Shown piece by piece: positions 1 through 10,683 of a stretch of DNA of 64,000 nt (position 1 is the stretch's first letter; each line of letters opens with the position of its first letter). A model generated the notes under the pieces. It saw nothing but the letters and a program-made list of their open reading frames with translations. It was not told where the DNA came from and searched no databases. Source of the DNA: Vairimorpha necatrix (taxonomy: Eukaryota); contig CP142729.1 in assembly GCA_036630325.1 (NCBI GenBank), positions 1,178,001 to 1,242,000 on the forward strand, read 5' to 3'. The translations under genes were made by a program, and so were the position numbers.

Positions 1-1873
1 ATAAATTAGATATTTTGTCTACATTCACATTAGAAAATACAGGAGTGATATGTGTCTTGGCATATAAAATGTATTTCTTAAGGAATTCGTGGTCCAAAGA
101 CTCGGCGTAATCAGAGACATTTCCTCTGTGTGAATTGAGAATATGATTGGCCATTATTTCATCTTCCTTAGAGTCAATATTATCCTTAACTACGCACAGG
201 ATATCAAATCTAGAAAGAATAGGATCACTGAGATTTACATTCTGAGCAAAAGTAAGGGACGAATTATAAACACCCCTGGTAGGATTAGCTGCCGCTATGA
301 CAGTGCATCTTGCATGTAAAGTGGCCACAATCCCCGCTTTAGAAATAGAAATAGACTGTTGTTCCATGGCTTCGTGGATAGAAGTACGATCATGATCATT
401 CATTTTATCAAATTCGTCAATTAGACACACTCCATTGTCCGCTAGTACAAGAGCTCCACCTTCTAAGGTCCATTCCTTAATTACAGGATCTCGCCTTACA
501 GAGGCAGTCAAGCCTACAGAACTCGCCCCTTGACCAGTGGCGAGTACTGCTCTATTACTAGTCTTCTCGACATATCTTAGAAATTGAGACTTGGCTGTCC
601 CAGGGTCTCCTAGGAGTAAAACATTTATGTCTCCTCTGACCCTATGATTATTCTTCTCTTTCATTACTCCTCCAAAGAGCGCTATGGCTATAGCCCGCTT
701 TACATTAAAATGTCCACATATAGAAGGCGCTATAGAATTAAAAATAATATTCTTCACATTTGGATTCTTAGAGAGTCTTTTAATCTCTTTTATATCTTCC
801 TCATTTAATTTACATTGATTGACATTCTTCTCTATAAAAACACCCTCTATAACAGTAAAAAAGACAGGGAAGCCATTCTTAATATTTAATGATACATTGA
901 AATTATTCTTGTAAATTCCTATAACTTCTATTTCTTCTCCAGGTTTGGCTGTATCAATCAAATCATAAAAAAGTAAAACTTCCTTGGATCTAGGCAGAGT
1001 ACCAGGCGGGACTGTACCTGGTACTTCCTGAAGAGTCAACTTCTGGAAATCCTTGTAAACTGTCTCGGAACTATTAATTGTAAAAGGACCCCTGCTCTGA
1101 CACTCGTAACAATGTGTGGGCTTTGATGAACTGGCCGAAAATGGGCCAAATACTGCTTGACACTTCATGCAAGTGTATTTTATAATAAAGAACTGGGGAA
1201 AGACACCAGTCCTTCTGGTGACTACCCCTTTAATCCTGACTAATTTATTAAGATGATTATTCCTAAGAGACCTAATATTTTCACTAATAGGGAGATCAAT
1301 AATCCTACAATGTAATTTCTTCTTGATCTGATCATAATTTGGGAAATATACTTTGACCACTTGCTCTAAGCCACTCTCAAATATTTCCAGAGTCTGCTCT
1401 GGATAACAATCTAGCAATTTCAATAATGTCTCATTGAAATCTGAAATGTCCATATAACTTACTCTGAGACTTTCTAGATTTTCAGAACACATTTCCTTAA
1501 TACATTTTATATATTTCTTATTTTTATGCGAATTAAGAAATTTTATAAATAAATTCTTGACTGCATGAATAAAAAATGTTTTCTCAAAAAACTTCTTGCA
1601 TAAATTATTTTCAGAAATAATTTTCTCTACGTCTACGTCCTGGTAATCTTCCTCAGATGGAGGATCAATTACTTCATTATAAGACGAATTTGTAGTGAAA
1701 TCCAAACTACTCTCTTGATACGCATCTGAAAATGATTCATTTACATTTTCATCTATGAAGTTTTCTTCTATTATTTCATCTTCACTGTAAGAGTCATTTT
1801 GTTCTCTAAATGGTTCCTCACTGGGCAATTCTTCCATATTTTCTTTTTCTTCATCAATTTTTCTTTTTGACAT
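1..1873 (-). CDS. MCM2: DNA replication licensing factor MCM2 (3' end runs off the window)
   Basis: Manual translation from the ATG at 1873 (preceded by CCCCCTTTA): acidic N-terminus, GVVTRRTGVFPQ, C-x2-C...C-x2-C zinc finger, LQEVPGTVPPGTLPRSKEV, Walker A LLGDPGTAKSQ, CLIDEFDKMNDHDRTSIHEAMEQQ, arginine finger ILSRFD. Not in the ORF track because there is no stop inside the window. Confidence 0.95.
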   Translation of the reverse strand, partial: MSKRKIDEEKENMEELPSEEPFREQNDSYSEDEIIEENFIDENVNESFSDAYQESSLDFTTNSSYNEVIDPPSEEDYQDVDVEKIISENNLCKKFFEKTFFIHAVKNLFIKFLNSHKNKKYIKCIKEMCSENLESLRVSYMDISDFNETLLKLLDCYPEQTLEIFESGLEQVVKVYFPNYDQIKKKLHCRIIDLPISENIRSLRNNHLNKLVRIKGVVTRRTGVFPQFFIIKYTCMKCQAVFGPFSASSSKPTHCYECQSRGPFTINSSETVYKDFQKLTLQEVPGTVPPGTLPRSKEVLLFYDLIDTAKPGEEIEVIGIYKNNFNVSLNIKNGFPVFFTVIEGVFIEKNVNQCKLNEEDIKEIKRLSKNPNVKNIIFNSIAPSICGHFNVKRAIAIALFGGVMKEKNNHRVRGDINVLLLGDPGTAKSQFLRYVEKTSNRAVLATGQGASSVGLTASVRRDPVIKEWTLEGGALVLADNGVCLIDEFDKMNDHDRTSIHEAMEQQSISISKAGIVATLHARCTVIAAANPTRGVYNSSLTFAQNVNLSDPILSRFDILCVVKDNIDSKEDEIMANHILNSHRGNVSDYAESLDHEFLKKYILYAKTHITPVFSNVNVDKISNL

Positions 1874-2111
1874 TAAAGGGGGAAAATTAATTAGGAAATT
1901 ATGAATTATCATCTTCATAACAATATGTATAAAATACGTTAATTATTATCATCTCTGTTGTATATATTATATAAATTGTTTTCTTGTTTCTAGATAATTA
2001 GATTTACATAAGTCAGTCTATCTTTTTAATTCGTTTTTCATGATACTTAAAATTTAGATATAGAGGTTGTTGATGATCTGGCATTGTATTTCATAAACAT
2101 CGCAGTCTAGA

Positions 2112-2972
2112 TTACTGATGATCATCTAAAAGACCCTTTGAATATTTTATATATTTGTCAAGTTCCTGTTCATTACAAAGTTCTCTTAAAATCATTTCAC
2201 TTATGAAATTTGACAAGAAAATATATTTCTTGTCATTATTCGCTCCATCTATCAATTCTTTAATTTTATTAAACATGTTTTCTAATAAATCTGCTTTAGA
2301 ATATTGGTTTATTCTATTTTGTCCTATGATATTTTCAGGAATGCATATCCTCTTTAGTAAAGCGAACTCATTACAATATCTAGAGGGTATCTCTTTAATC
2401 TTTCTATTATCTAAATCTACTAATCTTCTATTTATGTTTTCTATTATGTCAACACATTTTACAAAATAAAACCATATCTGTGGCTTAATTTCTATATTTA
2501 TATCTCTACTAGTATTTGTTTGTGTTATGACAATATTCTTTAATATATTATTAACTAATATCTTATATATATTTATATTCTCATGACTGTACAAATATAA
2601 AATATCAATATTAGTAAAATCCAGCATCTCCATTTCTGTAATAGTCTTATCTATCACGATAGCTATAGATTTCATATATATCGACAAAGTATTATGATAA
2701 AATGCTTTATCATAAAACATTAATGACTTAGTAGTCTCTAGTATTTCATCTATTTCTAGAAAGTTATCTATAAATGTATTATCCTTGCTTGGTCTAGTTA
2801 AGAATGTTATCAGGGATTTTTCATAATAATGGGAATATTGCATATCTTGAAAATAGAGTTTGTATGGTACAGTAGCCTGTTTGTTATACATGAAAATATA
2901 ATCCCTTATGAATGTTAGTGGTGACTTGTACATTGTGTTTTTCATTTCATGTTCTTTGATTGTAAATTCCAT
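2112..2972 (-). CDS. hypothetical protein, 286 aa
   Basis: Long ORF; ATG preceded by CCCTAA; no motif recognised. Confidence 0.75.
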   Translation of the reverse strand: MEFTIKEHEMKNTMYKSPLTFIRDYIFMYNKQATVPYKLYFQDMQYSHYYEKSLITFLTRPSKDNTFIDNFLEIDEILETTKSLMFYDKAFYHNTLSIYMKSIAIVIDKTITEMEMLDFTNIDILYLYSHENINIYKILVNNILKNIVITQTNTSRDINIEIKPQIWFYFVKCVDIIENINRRLVDLDNRKIKEIPSRYCNEFALLKRICIPENIIGQNRINQYSKADLLENMFNKIKELIDGANNDKKYIFLSNFISEMILRELCNEQELDKYIKYSKGLLDDHQ

Positions 2973-3030
2973 TTAGGGCTTATCAATTTTTTCTATTTTA
3001 TGCTGAATTTTTCTTTTTTATATTTTTTTA

Positions 3031-3062
3031 AACCACTTTGTTTGTATACAAACAAAGTGGTT
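3031..3062. repeat. perfect 32-bp palindrome
   Basis: AACCACTTTGTTTGTA|TACAAACAAAGTGGTT, read directly. Confidence 0.9.
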
Positions 3063-3109
3063 AATGCATAATCTGACCGTAAAATGAATTTTTTAAAAAG
3101 ATATAAAAT

Positions 3110-3265
3110 ATTTTTAAAGTGTGATATACCTATAAAAACTTTAATATTTAAATAATTTATTTTTAAAGTGTAATATACCTATAAAAACTTTTAATATTTA
3201 AATAATTTACTTTTTAAGTTTAATATGTCTATAAAAACTTTTAATATTTAAATAATTTATTTTTA
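3110..3265. repeat. tandem repeat, ~51-bp unit x3
   Basis: TTTTTAAAGTGT(G/A)ATATACCTATAAAAACTTT(T)AATATTTAAATAATTTA recurs three times. Confidence 0.8.
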
Positions 3266-3489
3266 CAACAGTATATCTATTAATACTTAGATTGATTATT
3301 ATGTGTTACGTATCAATATAAAAGTTAACTATAAAGAAAACATTTACCTTTTTTAAAAAATATCTTAGCAGTTTTTTATGTTGCTAGTTTGTATTTGGAA
3401 CATTTTGCAAATTGTAACTCAACGGTATTTTGATTTTTTCTATGATTCAAATCCTTTCCTTTTTTCTTCAAATTTGTTCATGTTTGATT

Positions 3490-4791
3490 TTATTTGTACA
3501 AATATATAAATTTCTCTGTCAATATTACCAATAACTCTGTTTTTACATCAAAACATATCATATTCTCCTCCACTTTATACTCAATTTCTTTTTCATATTT
3601 TTCATTAGTCACTACTATTTTATTTTCACTCTGATCTACCAGATAATACATTTTATTACACATCATCTCCCTATACTTTATTATTTGTTTCAGTCCCATA
3701 TTTATTGCTTTTTCTTCCGTCTCATTTATATGATAATGTAATATTTTATTAAATCTATTTCTATATACCAAAACTACACTATCTTCTTCGCCAAATATAT
3801 TTATACAATTCATATCTTCAATATCTAAGTTTAATTTACATATTTCTGGAATATCATCGTGTAACAAAAACATTTCCCAGTTGTCATCAATTTTCAATTT
3901 GTAAATATTGAAAACTGTGCCTATGTAAACATACCCTTTACATTCATACAAGGAGTGTATAGGTATATTACATATTTTTACTGTCTTTTTATTGTGTCCT
4001 AATATGTAAAAGGTTATATTTCCTTGTACATCTCCAATAATCAATTTATTTCTATTTTTTTGGTTTGTTAATAAACATGTTATCTTTTTATAATTCGTGT
4101 CTTCAAAAATGATATTAGAATTGTAAATATTTACAATATAAAACTTATCTTTTATACTTAATACCACATTCCCGTCAATATATTTCATATGTGTTATAAT
4201 TCCTGTATCATTAAAAAATTTTATACTCGTCATACCTGATTCATAATATTTAACAATACAAGGTTTGTTATCTTTGATCGTCGATAAGACGATCAGATTG
4301 TTCACTTCGTCTATCAAAATCAGACTGTTTTTAGTATTAAAATTCACTAAAATTTTTTTATAAAATAAAAAATTTTGCGAATTTTCTTTTTTGTTTATTT
4401 TACAATCACAAATTTGTTTAGTGTTGAGTTTTAATATTTCTAGTTCTGTTTTTAGTGCCGATATTTCTTCTAATAACTTGTTTTTTGCGTTGAATTCAGT
4501 AAGATATTGTTCTATTAATTTGTGTTCTTTTTCAGTGTTTAGAGCTACTACTTTTGATGAAAAAATCAGTCTAATTTGAGATTTGAGACATTTTGAAGAG
4601 CACACAGGACATAAGACATGTTTTCGTTTACCGAACCATTCTAGTATACAAGAATGACCAAAAAGATGGCCGCATTTCATACTTGCTATTCTGTGATCAC
4701 CAGAAGAAGTGTATTCTCCGAAACATATTGGACAAGTGACACCTTCTTCTTCTTTTATTGAGTTATTTATATCTGAGACATCATTAGACAT
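3490..4791 (-). CDS. RING-finger E3 ubiquitin ligase with degenerate WD40 region, RFWD3-like
   Basis: CPIC...SGDHRIASMKCGHLFGHSCILEW...CPVC followed by a coiled coil and a beta-rich C-terminus, as in RFWD3. Confidence 0.8.
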   Translation of the reverse strand: MSNDVSDINNSIKEEEGVTCPICFGEYTSSGDHRIASMKCGHLFGHSCILEWFGKRKHVLCPVCSSKCLKSQIRLIFSSKVVALNTEKEHKLIEQYLTEFNAKNKLLEEISALKTELEILKLNTKQICDCKINKKENSQNFLFYKKILVNFNTKNSLILIDEVNNLIVLSTIKDNKPCIVKYYESGMTSIKFFNDTGIITHMKYIDGNVVLSIKDKFYIVNIYNSNIIFEDTNYKKITCLLTNQKNRNKLIIGDVQGNITFYILGHNKKTVKICNIPIHSLYECKGYVYIGTVFNIYKLKIDDNWEMFLLHDDIPEICKLNLDIEDMNCINIFGEEDSVVLVYRNRFNKILHYHINETEEKAINMGLKQIIKYREMMCNKMYYLVDQSENKIVVTNEKYEKEIEYKVEENMICFDVKTELLVILTEKFIYLYK

Positions 4792-5184
4792 TTAGAGGGC
4801 AAGAGAAGATATTAAAAAAATAACGGAAAAAAATAATTTGATTTTTTAGCAGAATGTATGGAATTAAGTTAGTTAAGCGAGGTTTATAAAAGTTTTTTAA
4901 AAAATAATAAAATTTTTTTTATATTTTATAAACTTTAAAGAATATTTAAAAAATTATATAGAATATTACAAAAGCATACAGATTTATACTGAATAAATTA
5001 ATTTTTCAAGCAATATAAAAATGCATATATCTAATTTGAGAAATTTTGAAATGCAATTGTGCCTTACTTCTATAGATTATTTAATCTTTCATAAAAAGCC
5101 AATAGAATTAAATTTAAGAAATTTATACACAATAAATAAATACATACACAATCAAGAAATATTTTTAAACATACATTTCTTTTA

Positions 5185-6555
5185 TTATATTACTTTTATT
5201 TCTTGGGATGTTATAAATAAATACTCAAATATCTCAGTACACGAATTATAAACTTCATTCTCTTTATTGAGTCTACTAGCCGTACTCATTAATTCCTCCA
5301 CCACCGTATTATTTCTAATCATTAATGATTTATTATACAAATCACAAGCCTTATCAATATTATTAGTCAAATGTTCTATATATCCTTTAGTACAATAATA
5401 TTTATAATCTTTCTCACATTTCTCTAGAGCTTCTCTCGACTCTTTAATATTCCCAAGAAACAAATGACAATAACATTTTAATAATAAAACATTATTACTT
5501 TTATAATTCTCTTTACTTCTCAGTATCCCACTAATATAAGACAAGGCTTCTTTATAATCCTCAAGGAATATTAATAAGCTGACATATCCTTCTTGTATAA
5601 TAATATTTCGTTCTACAGCTAAACCTTCTAAATAATAAAATCTTGATTTATCAAAATTAGTCATTTTCTGGTATTCAAAAGAAATATAATAAAAAGATTT
5701 CCATGTACAAATCATCTTCTTATTACAAATATTAAAACAACTTAGACTTTTTTCACATTCTCTGAGTTTACTGTAACATATTCCAAGATATAAATAAATT
5801 TGTCCTGTTTGTTTATCAAAGTCAAGACATTTTAGTAAAACTTTTTTAGATTCTTCAAAATCTTCTATTAATAAGAAATATAAAGATAAAGATAAATGTG
5901 TGAACACACATTTATCGTATAATTTGTAAGAAGTGTGACTTATATTAAATAAGTCAAATTTGTTTTTTTCTATAAATAAATTTTTAGAAAATAAAAATGC
6001 ATAAATTGGATGAAAAAAAGATGTGGCAAAATTGAAATCAAAATTTTCATAATTTAGAAATATTTGGTATAAAATGTCTCTTTGTTCATTTAAATCAAGT
6101 AAACTAGAAACTTCTTTTTGTGTCAACATTTCATCTTTTATCAAATAATACAATGACTCAATATTCCTTGTATCAGTTTTATATGCTTTGATCAGTAGAT
6201 CTTTCTTTAAGATGTCTTTTTTAGTCAAAGATTCCCAGAATATTTCCACAGATTTGAAGTTTAGAATATTTTCTAAAGATAAGATTTCGTAAGATGGAAT
6301 TTTAGGAAGTTGATTTTTGGGATTTGTGTTTGTTTTTATGATTGATTTGTAGTAAATCAGTCTTATATGGTAGTCATCAAGGGAGATATCTTCTAAAATG
6401 CTTAGTATTTTAGAGTAATATCCTAATTGATAGAGATTTAGTATTAGATATTTGAAAGCAGTAGGGCATTTTGATAATTTGTAAAAGTGTTCTGCTAAGA
6501 GAAGTGAGCCATTGTATAATTCAGAGTTGTAAAGTGAAATGTACCAAGATTTCAT
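5185..6555 (-). CDS. CDC16: TPR protein, anaphase-promoting complex subunit APC6/Cdc16-like
   Basis: TPR-like helices; AYKTDTRNIESLYYLIKDEMLTQKEV and YYISFEYQKMTN resemble Cdc16 segments as I recall them; CCC before ATG. Confidence 0.7.
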   Translation of the reverse strand: MKSWYISLYNSELYNGSLLLAEHFYKLSKCPTAFKYLILNLYQLGYYSKILSILEDISLDDYHIRLIYYKSIIKTNTNPKNQLPKIPSYEILSLENILNFKSVEIFWESLTKKDILKKDLLIKAYKTDTRNIESLYYLIKDEMLTQKEVSSLLDLNEQRDILYQIFLNYENFDFNFATSFFHPIYAFLFSKNLFIEKNKFDLFNISHTSYKLYDKCVFTHLSLSLYFLLIEDFEESKKVLLKCLDFDKQTGQIYLYLGICYSKLRECEKSLSCFNICNKKMICTWKSFYYISFEYQKMTNFDKSRFYYLEGLAVERNIIIQEGYVSLLIFLEDYKEALSYISGILRSKENYKSNNVLLLKCYCHLFLGNIKESREALEKCEKDYKYYCTKGYIEHLTNNIDKACDLYNKSLMIRNNTVVEELMSTASRLNKENEVYNSCTEIFEYLFITSQEIKVI

Positions 6556-6724
6556 AATAGGGTATATTTAAAACTAACTTTAAAACTTTAAAACTTTAAA
6601 AAATATAGATAGTAAGATATTATCAAAATATAAGAATAATCTTTACAGATAGATGACAAATTTAGAGTCTAATAATTTACTTTTTATTAGAAGGAAAACA
6701 TGGGTTTATTTATTATAAAAGATT

Positions 6725-6865
6725 AAGAGGCAGAATGTCAAATATGCATAAGTGGCACAATATGAGAATATTTTAAGAGGCAACATGTCAAAACAGATAA
6801 TACGCCTTACGTAGTAAAAGACTATAAGAGGGGGGTATGTCAAATATAAATAAGTGGCACAATGT
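6725..6865. repeat. imperfect direct repeats in a divergent intergenic region
   Basis: AAGAGG..(A)TGTCAAA three times; TAAGTGGCACAAT twice. Confidence 0.6.
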
Positions 6866-6987
6866 AGAAATATATCTACTGGCAATATTCCTTATAAAAA
6901 TCTGTCTATCCAGACACAAATTTGTTTTAAATACACATTTATGATTGTATACAAATATTTTGTGTTTTATTTTTTTACCCTCCCACT

Positions 6988-7449
6988 ATGAAAATAAAGA
7001 TAAATTCCCTTGACACTTTGATCTCCCAAATCTGCAAGAAACTCCCACCATCTTCAAAAGAAGACCTCAAAGTCCTCAACAAGTTGAAACTGTTCATTGA
7101 CAAGAATACTATCCCTAATAATGATACCAGGAAGACTGAGTACACTGACATCTTGTTTAATAAGACACTAGATATTTCATATCTAAGACGAGATTTCTGT
7201 AAAGAGATTAATGAGGAATATAAGAAGTGGACTCTTATGTATAAATCAATAATAACCAGTCAACTAGTAGATAATATTAGTACAGTAGTACATAATGAAA
7301 TAAATATAAGTACAAATGATTTAGAAGATATTAAGAAGATGAATGAAGAGAGTGTGAAGTTGTTAGAGAGGATGGACAAGATATTAGTAGAGAGGAAAGG
7401 GCATTACAATACGGAGAAAGGGATAATCAAATATTTTAGATCTTTATAA
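6988..7449 (+). CDS. hypothetical protein, 153 aa
   Basis: ORF with CCCTCCCACT before ATG; AATAAA at the stop. Confidence 0.75.
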   Translation: MKIKINSLDTLISQICKKLPPSSKEDLKVLNKLKLFIDKNTIPNNDTRKTEYTDILFNKTLDISYLRRDFCKEINEEYKKWTLMYKSIITSQLVDNISTVVHNEINISTNDLEDIKKMNEESVKLLERMDKILVERKGHYNTEKGIIKYFRSL

Positions 7450-7529
7450 AATAAATATTAAATCTAATGTATTATAAAACACTATAAAATAAATAAATTT
7501 TAGATCTAATGAGACACCCCCCTCATTTT

Positions 7530-7715
7530 ATGAAAGTTCTTCTAAAATGCAGTAAGTTGAAATATGAAGATATTAAGAAGATCGAGTATGTAGACAGTAA
7601 AGTGAAGATTTATACAGTAGACAGAATACTAGAATATTCTATAAGGCAGAAGTGTGGTACATATATTGTAATAACAGATGATAATATAGAATATTATAAC
7701 ATGGAAAATCTATAA
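7530..7715 (+). CDS. small hypothetical protein, 61 aa (MKVLLKCSK...)
   Basis: ATG at 7530 follows a CCCCCC motif; AATAAA just after the stop. Confidence 0.55.
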   Translation: MKVLLKCSKLKYEDIKKIEYVDSKVKIYTVDRILEYSIRQKCGTYIVITDDNIEYYNMENL

Positions 7716-7725
7716 CATAATAAAA

Positions 7726-8244
7726 TCATATATATAAAAGAATTTTATTTAATTTTTTACCCCTCTTTTTTGTGACTTTGAAATTTATAACGATACGTTT
7801 TGAGCCTTTTACGTTAATATAATATCAAATTTAAAATTAACGTTTCAATTTGATAATTGTGAGTGCGTATATTATATACAAATGCGTCTTTAATTCATAT
7901 TATTATTTTTGTAAAACTAAGTTCCAAAATATCGTCAGAATCGTTTTTTAGAATTTATTTAGCCCTTCTAGAAAAATTCACAAAAACATGTACCAAAAAA
8001 AAGTTGAATATAAGCGTCAAAACTTGAGCTTAGAAGTTCAAAAATTATCTCATTATAATTTTTAAATGTTTTTAGCTTGACTTTGCTCCTTATATGTTAC
8101 TAAAAAGTATTTTTCAAAATCATGTTTTCTCCTTTTTAAATTCATTCATTCCAAAATGAAAACTTAACAAGATTAAAAGAGGAAATACATATTAAAAAAC
8201 TAAACTTTTTGATCCCGTTTTCAAAACGGGGAAGCATACGCTAG
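7726..8244 (+). mobile_element. non-autonomous Helitron-like element (~519 bp)
   Basis: 5' A|TCATATATATAAAAG; 3' hairpin CCCGTTTT-C-AAAACGGG (8214-8230) ten nt before CTAG|T; sits between A and T with no TSD. Confidence 0.6.
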
Positions 8245-8351
8245 TTATTATATAACATATTATATAATAAATCTATTAGCACCTAATATTTTATATTAAA
8301 TCTATAATATATCTATTATATAACATGTTATATAATAAATCTTTTACACCC

Positions 8352-8585
8352 ATGAGTAGAACATCAAGTGGTAAAAAGAAATACGAAGGAAGATTAAGGA
8401 AATTAGAAAAAGAAGAAGAAAAGAAAAGGGAAGAACAAAGGAGACTTGAGAAGATCGAGGATGAGAAGTGGATGGTAGGGGCCAAGGACACGAAGAAAGA
8501 AGAAGAGGCTAAGAAAAAGGAGGCAGAGAAGGAGAGGCTTAAGAAAGAAAGGCAAGCCGCCTATGATCAAGAAAACCATAAATAA
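8352..8585 (+). CDS. LSO2: ribosome hibernation factor Lso2/CCDC124-like, 77 aa
   Basis: ACACCC-ATG; charged two-helix protein with EDEKWMVGAK...EKERLKKERQA matching the Lso2 KW-x2-G...EKAR-x-KKER pattern. Confidence 0.75.
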   Translation: MSRTSSGKKKYEGRLRKLEKEEEKKREEQRRLEKIEDEKWMVGAKDTKKEEEAKKKEAEKERLKKERQAAYDQENHK

Positions 8586-8627
8586 ATTTATTCAAAATTC
8601 ACCATGTGTAGAATATCCTCTGCTTTC

Positions 8628-9974
8628 TTATTGTGTGTTTTCTCTTTGTTGTTTTATTAGTGCAGTGTACGCCTCTTTGATCTTTTTTAGTTTGTTTATT
8701 ATAGTATACAATTTCTTAATAATTTCTTCTTTTTCAAGTATCTTAGTATTTTGTTCATTTATCTTAGCATTTTGTTCATTTATCTTAGCATTTTGTTCAT
8801 TTATCTTTTCTTTTTGTTCAATTATCTTAGTATTTTGTTCATTTATCAGTTGCTCGTTCTTCTTTATATTCTTCTTATAATGATATATCTCTAATAATAA
8901 ATAATTATCTCCATGTTCAAGTCTATTTCTATACACTTCTTTAATTATCTCATTCGCTATATTTATCTCTTTAATATATTCCTCATATATTTTATCATTT
9001 TCTTCTATATATCCCCTCATTAGTACTATCGTGTTGTTTATCTTGTTCACCTCTTTGTCAATTTCGTCTGTATATTTACAATATCTCTTATTTATATTTA
9101 TCTTCTCTTTTAATATTTCTATATAGTCCCAGTATTCTTTATAAATCTTCTCTGTGTCTAAATCCTTTATATTTCTAGTGCATTCTAAGATTCTCCCTTT
9201 TAGATCTTCTACTTCTCTGCCTATGACTGGGATGATGTCTTCTCTTTCTGTGAGAATATATTTCTGGTATTTGTGTCTTAAGTCTCTACACTCGAGACTT
9301 AGTTTATTATTTGTGTATTCTGAGATATTCAGTCTTCTGTAAGTTTCCTGGTATGATTTGTTTAATTCTTTGTATTTGTTTATTAGGTCACTTATATTTT
9401 GGGGGTCGTCTATGTTTTTTATTATGTTTTGGTCTCTTTGTCTTAAGAGGCTTGTGTAGAGGCCTAATGTTTTCTTGTATTTTGATTTTTCTATTTTGTA
9501 ATTTCTATTTAGTTTTTTTATTTTCTTTAGTAATTTGCTAATTACATTTGTATTATTATCTATAATATTATTATTATCTATAATATTTTTACTAGTATTA
9601 TATTTAGTACTATTTATAGTAGTATCATATCTATTACTATTATTATCTATAATATTATTATTAATAGTACTATTTATAGTGTTATTTTGAGTTGCCTCTA
9701 TTATGTCTATTATTCTTATTAAATTATCAAGTCTCATTTTATAAAACTCATTCTCTATTTCTATGACACTCCTGCTCAAATTCAGGGAGTAAATACTCGT
9801 CTTATATTTCTCTATCTCTCTTGTCATCTCACTAATAGTGTACTGGTTTTGTATATTCATTTCATTGAGTGTCTTATTAGATTCTTCTATATTATTGTAC
9901 TGTATTAAAATCTTCTTATAAATTAAGTAAGGGATTTGATCTATTTCTTGTTGTGTTAAAATAATAAAAGACAT
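8628..9974 (-). CDS. coiled-coil hypothetical protein with Asn-rich and EQN(A/T)KI repeats
   Basis: ATG at 9974 after CCCTTAAG; 21-nt tandem repeats at ~8740-8850. Confidence 0.7.
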   Translation of the reverse strand: MSFIILTQQEIDQIPYLIYKKILIQYNNIEESNKTLNEMNIQNQYTISEMTREIEKYKTSIYSLNLSRSVIEIENEFYKMRLDNLIRIIDIIEATQNNTINSTINNNIIDNNSNRYDTTINSTKYNTSKNIIDNNNIIDNNTNVISKLLKKIKKLNRNYKIEKSKYKKTLGLYTSLLRQRDQNIIKNIDDPQNISDLINKYKELNKSYQETYRRLNISEYTNNKLSLECRDLRHKYQKYILTEREDIIPVIGREVEDLKGRILECTRNIKDLDTEKIYKEYWDYIEILKEKININKRYCKYTDEIDKEVNKINNTIVLMRGYIEENDKIYEEYIKEINIANEIIKEVYRNRLEHGDNYLLLEIYHYKKNIKKNEQLINEQNTKIIEQKEKINEQNAKINEQNAKINEQNTKILEKEEIIKKLYTIINKLKKIKEAYTALIKQQRENTQ

Positions 9975-10150
9975 CTTAAGGGTAAGAAACAAGTAATATA
10001 ATATGGAAGAGAGAAGGATCTTTTATATATACTATATACATATATATATTATATATACTATATATGTATCTATATCTATAATATTATACTATATTATTTT
10101 TGTTTATCATACATTACTTTTTAGATCTTTTTATTTTCTTTACCCTTAAG

Positions 10151-10375
10151 ATGTCCGCTCTCTTTCATTTTGACTCTTTCTGTAGACTCCTCATAATCCT
10201 CGTCTGTACTGTCACTTATGTAAAAATCCACTTCCCATCTTGGATTACTAAAAGAACTAAAGGAATACCCTCAACATTCTACAAATTATCAGTCATAGGA
10301 GAGAGACTCAGTGTGTATGTATCACTTATATGCTTTATATTTGGGATGAGAAAACTACTATCATTTTTCATATAA
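10151..10375 (+). CDS. KSH1: protein Kish (TMEM167/Ksh1 family), 74 aa
   Basis: MSALFHFDS...LVCTVTY...K.SVIGERLS.YVSLIC is the Kish signature; ACCCTTAAG before ATG. Confidence 0.9.
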   Translation: MSALFHFDSFCRLLIILVCTVTYVKIHFPSWITKRTKGIPSTFYKLSVIGERLSVYVSLICFIFGMRKLLSFFI

Positions 10376-10416
10376 AAAATAAACAAAAAATAAATATATA
10401 CAAAAATAAGATAAAC

Positions 10417-10500
10417 TATAATATTGACTTTATAATATTAACTTTATAATATTGACTTTATAATATTGACTTTATAATATTGAATTTATAATATTGAATT
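10417..10500. repeat. 14-bp tandem repeat x6
   Basis: TATAATATTGACTT units; the last ones overlap the 3' end of the minus-strand ORF. Confidence 0.85.
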
Positions 10501-10683
10501 TAATTGTGTACATTTCTTCTTGAGATTTATTATCTCTTTAAGTTTATTATTTAATTCATCATAAGAATCTGTAATATTAAGAGAAGTCTTTCTCTTTAAT
10601 ATCTCTGTCTCTACTGATCTTATGGCCTCGTCAATGTCATCAGTCATTTCTAGTGTAGAGAAAAATAAATCATATAATTTCAT
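10486..10683 (-). CDS. small hypothetical protein, 65 aa (MKLYDLFF...)
   Basis: ATG at 10683 preceded by CCCCT; helical composition. Confidence 0.55.
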   Translation of the reverse strand: MKLYDLFFSTLEMTDDIDEAIRSVETEILKRKTSLNITDSYDELNNKLKEIINLKKKCTQLNSIL

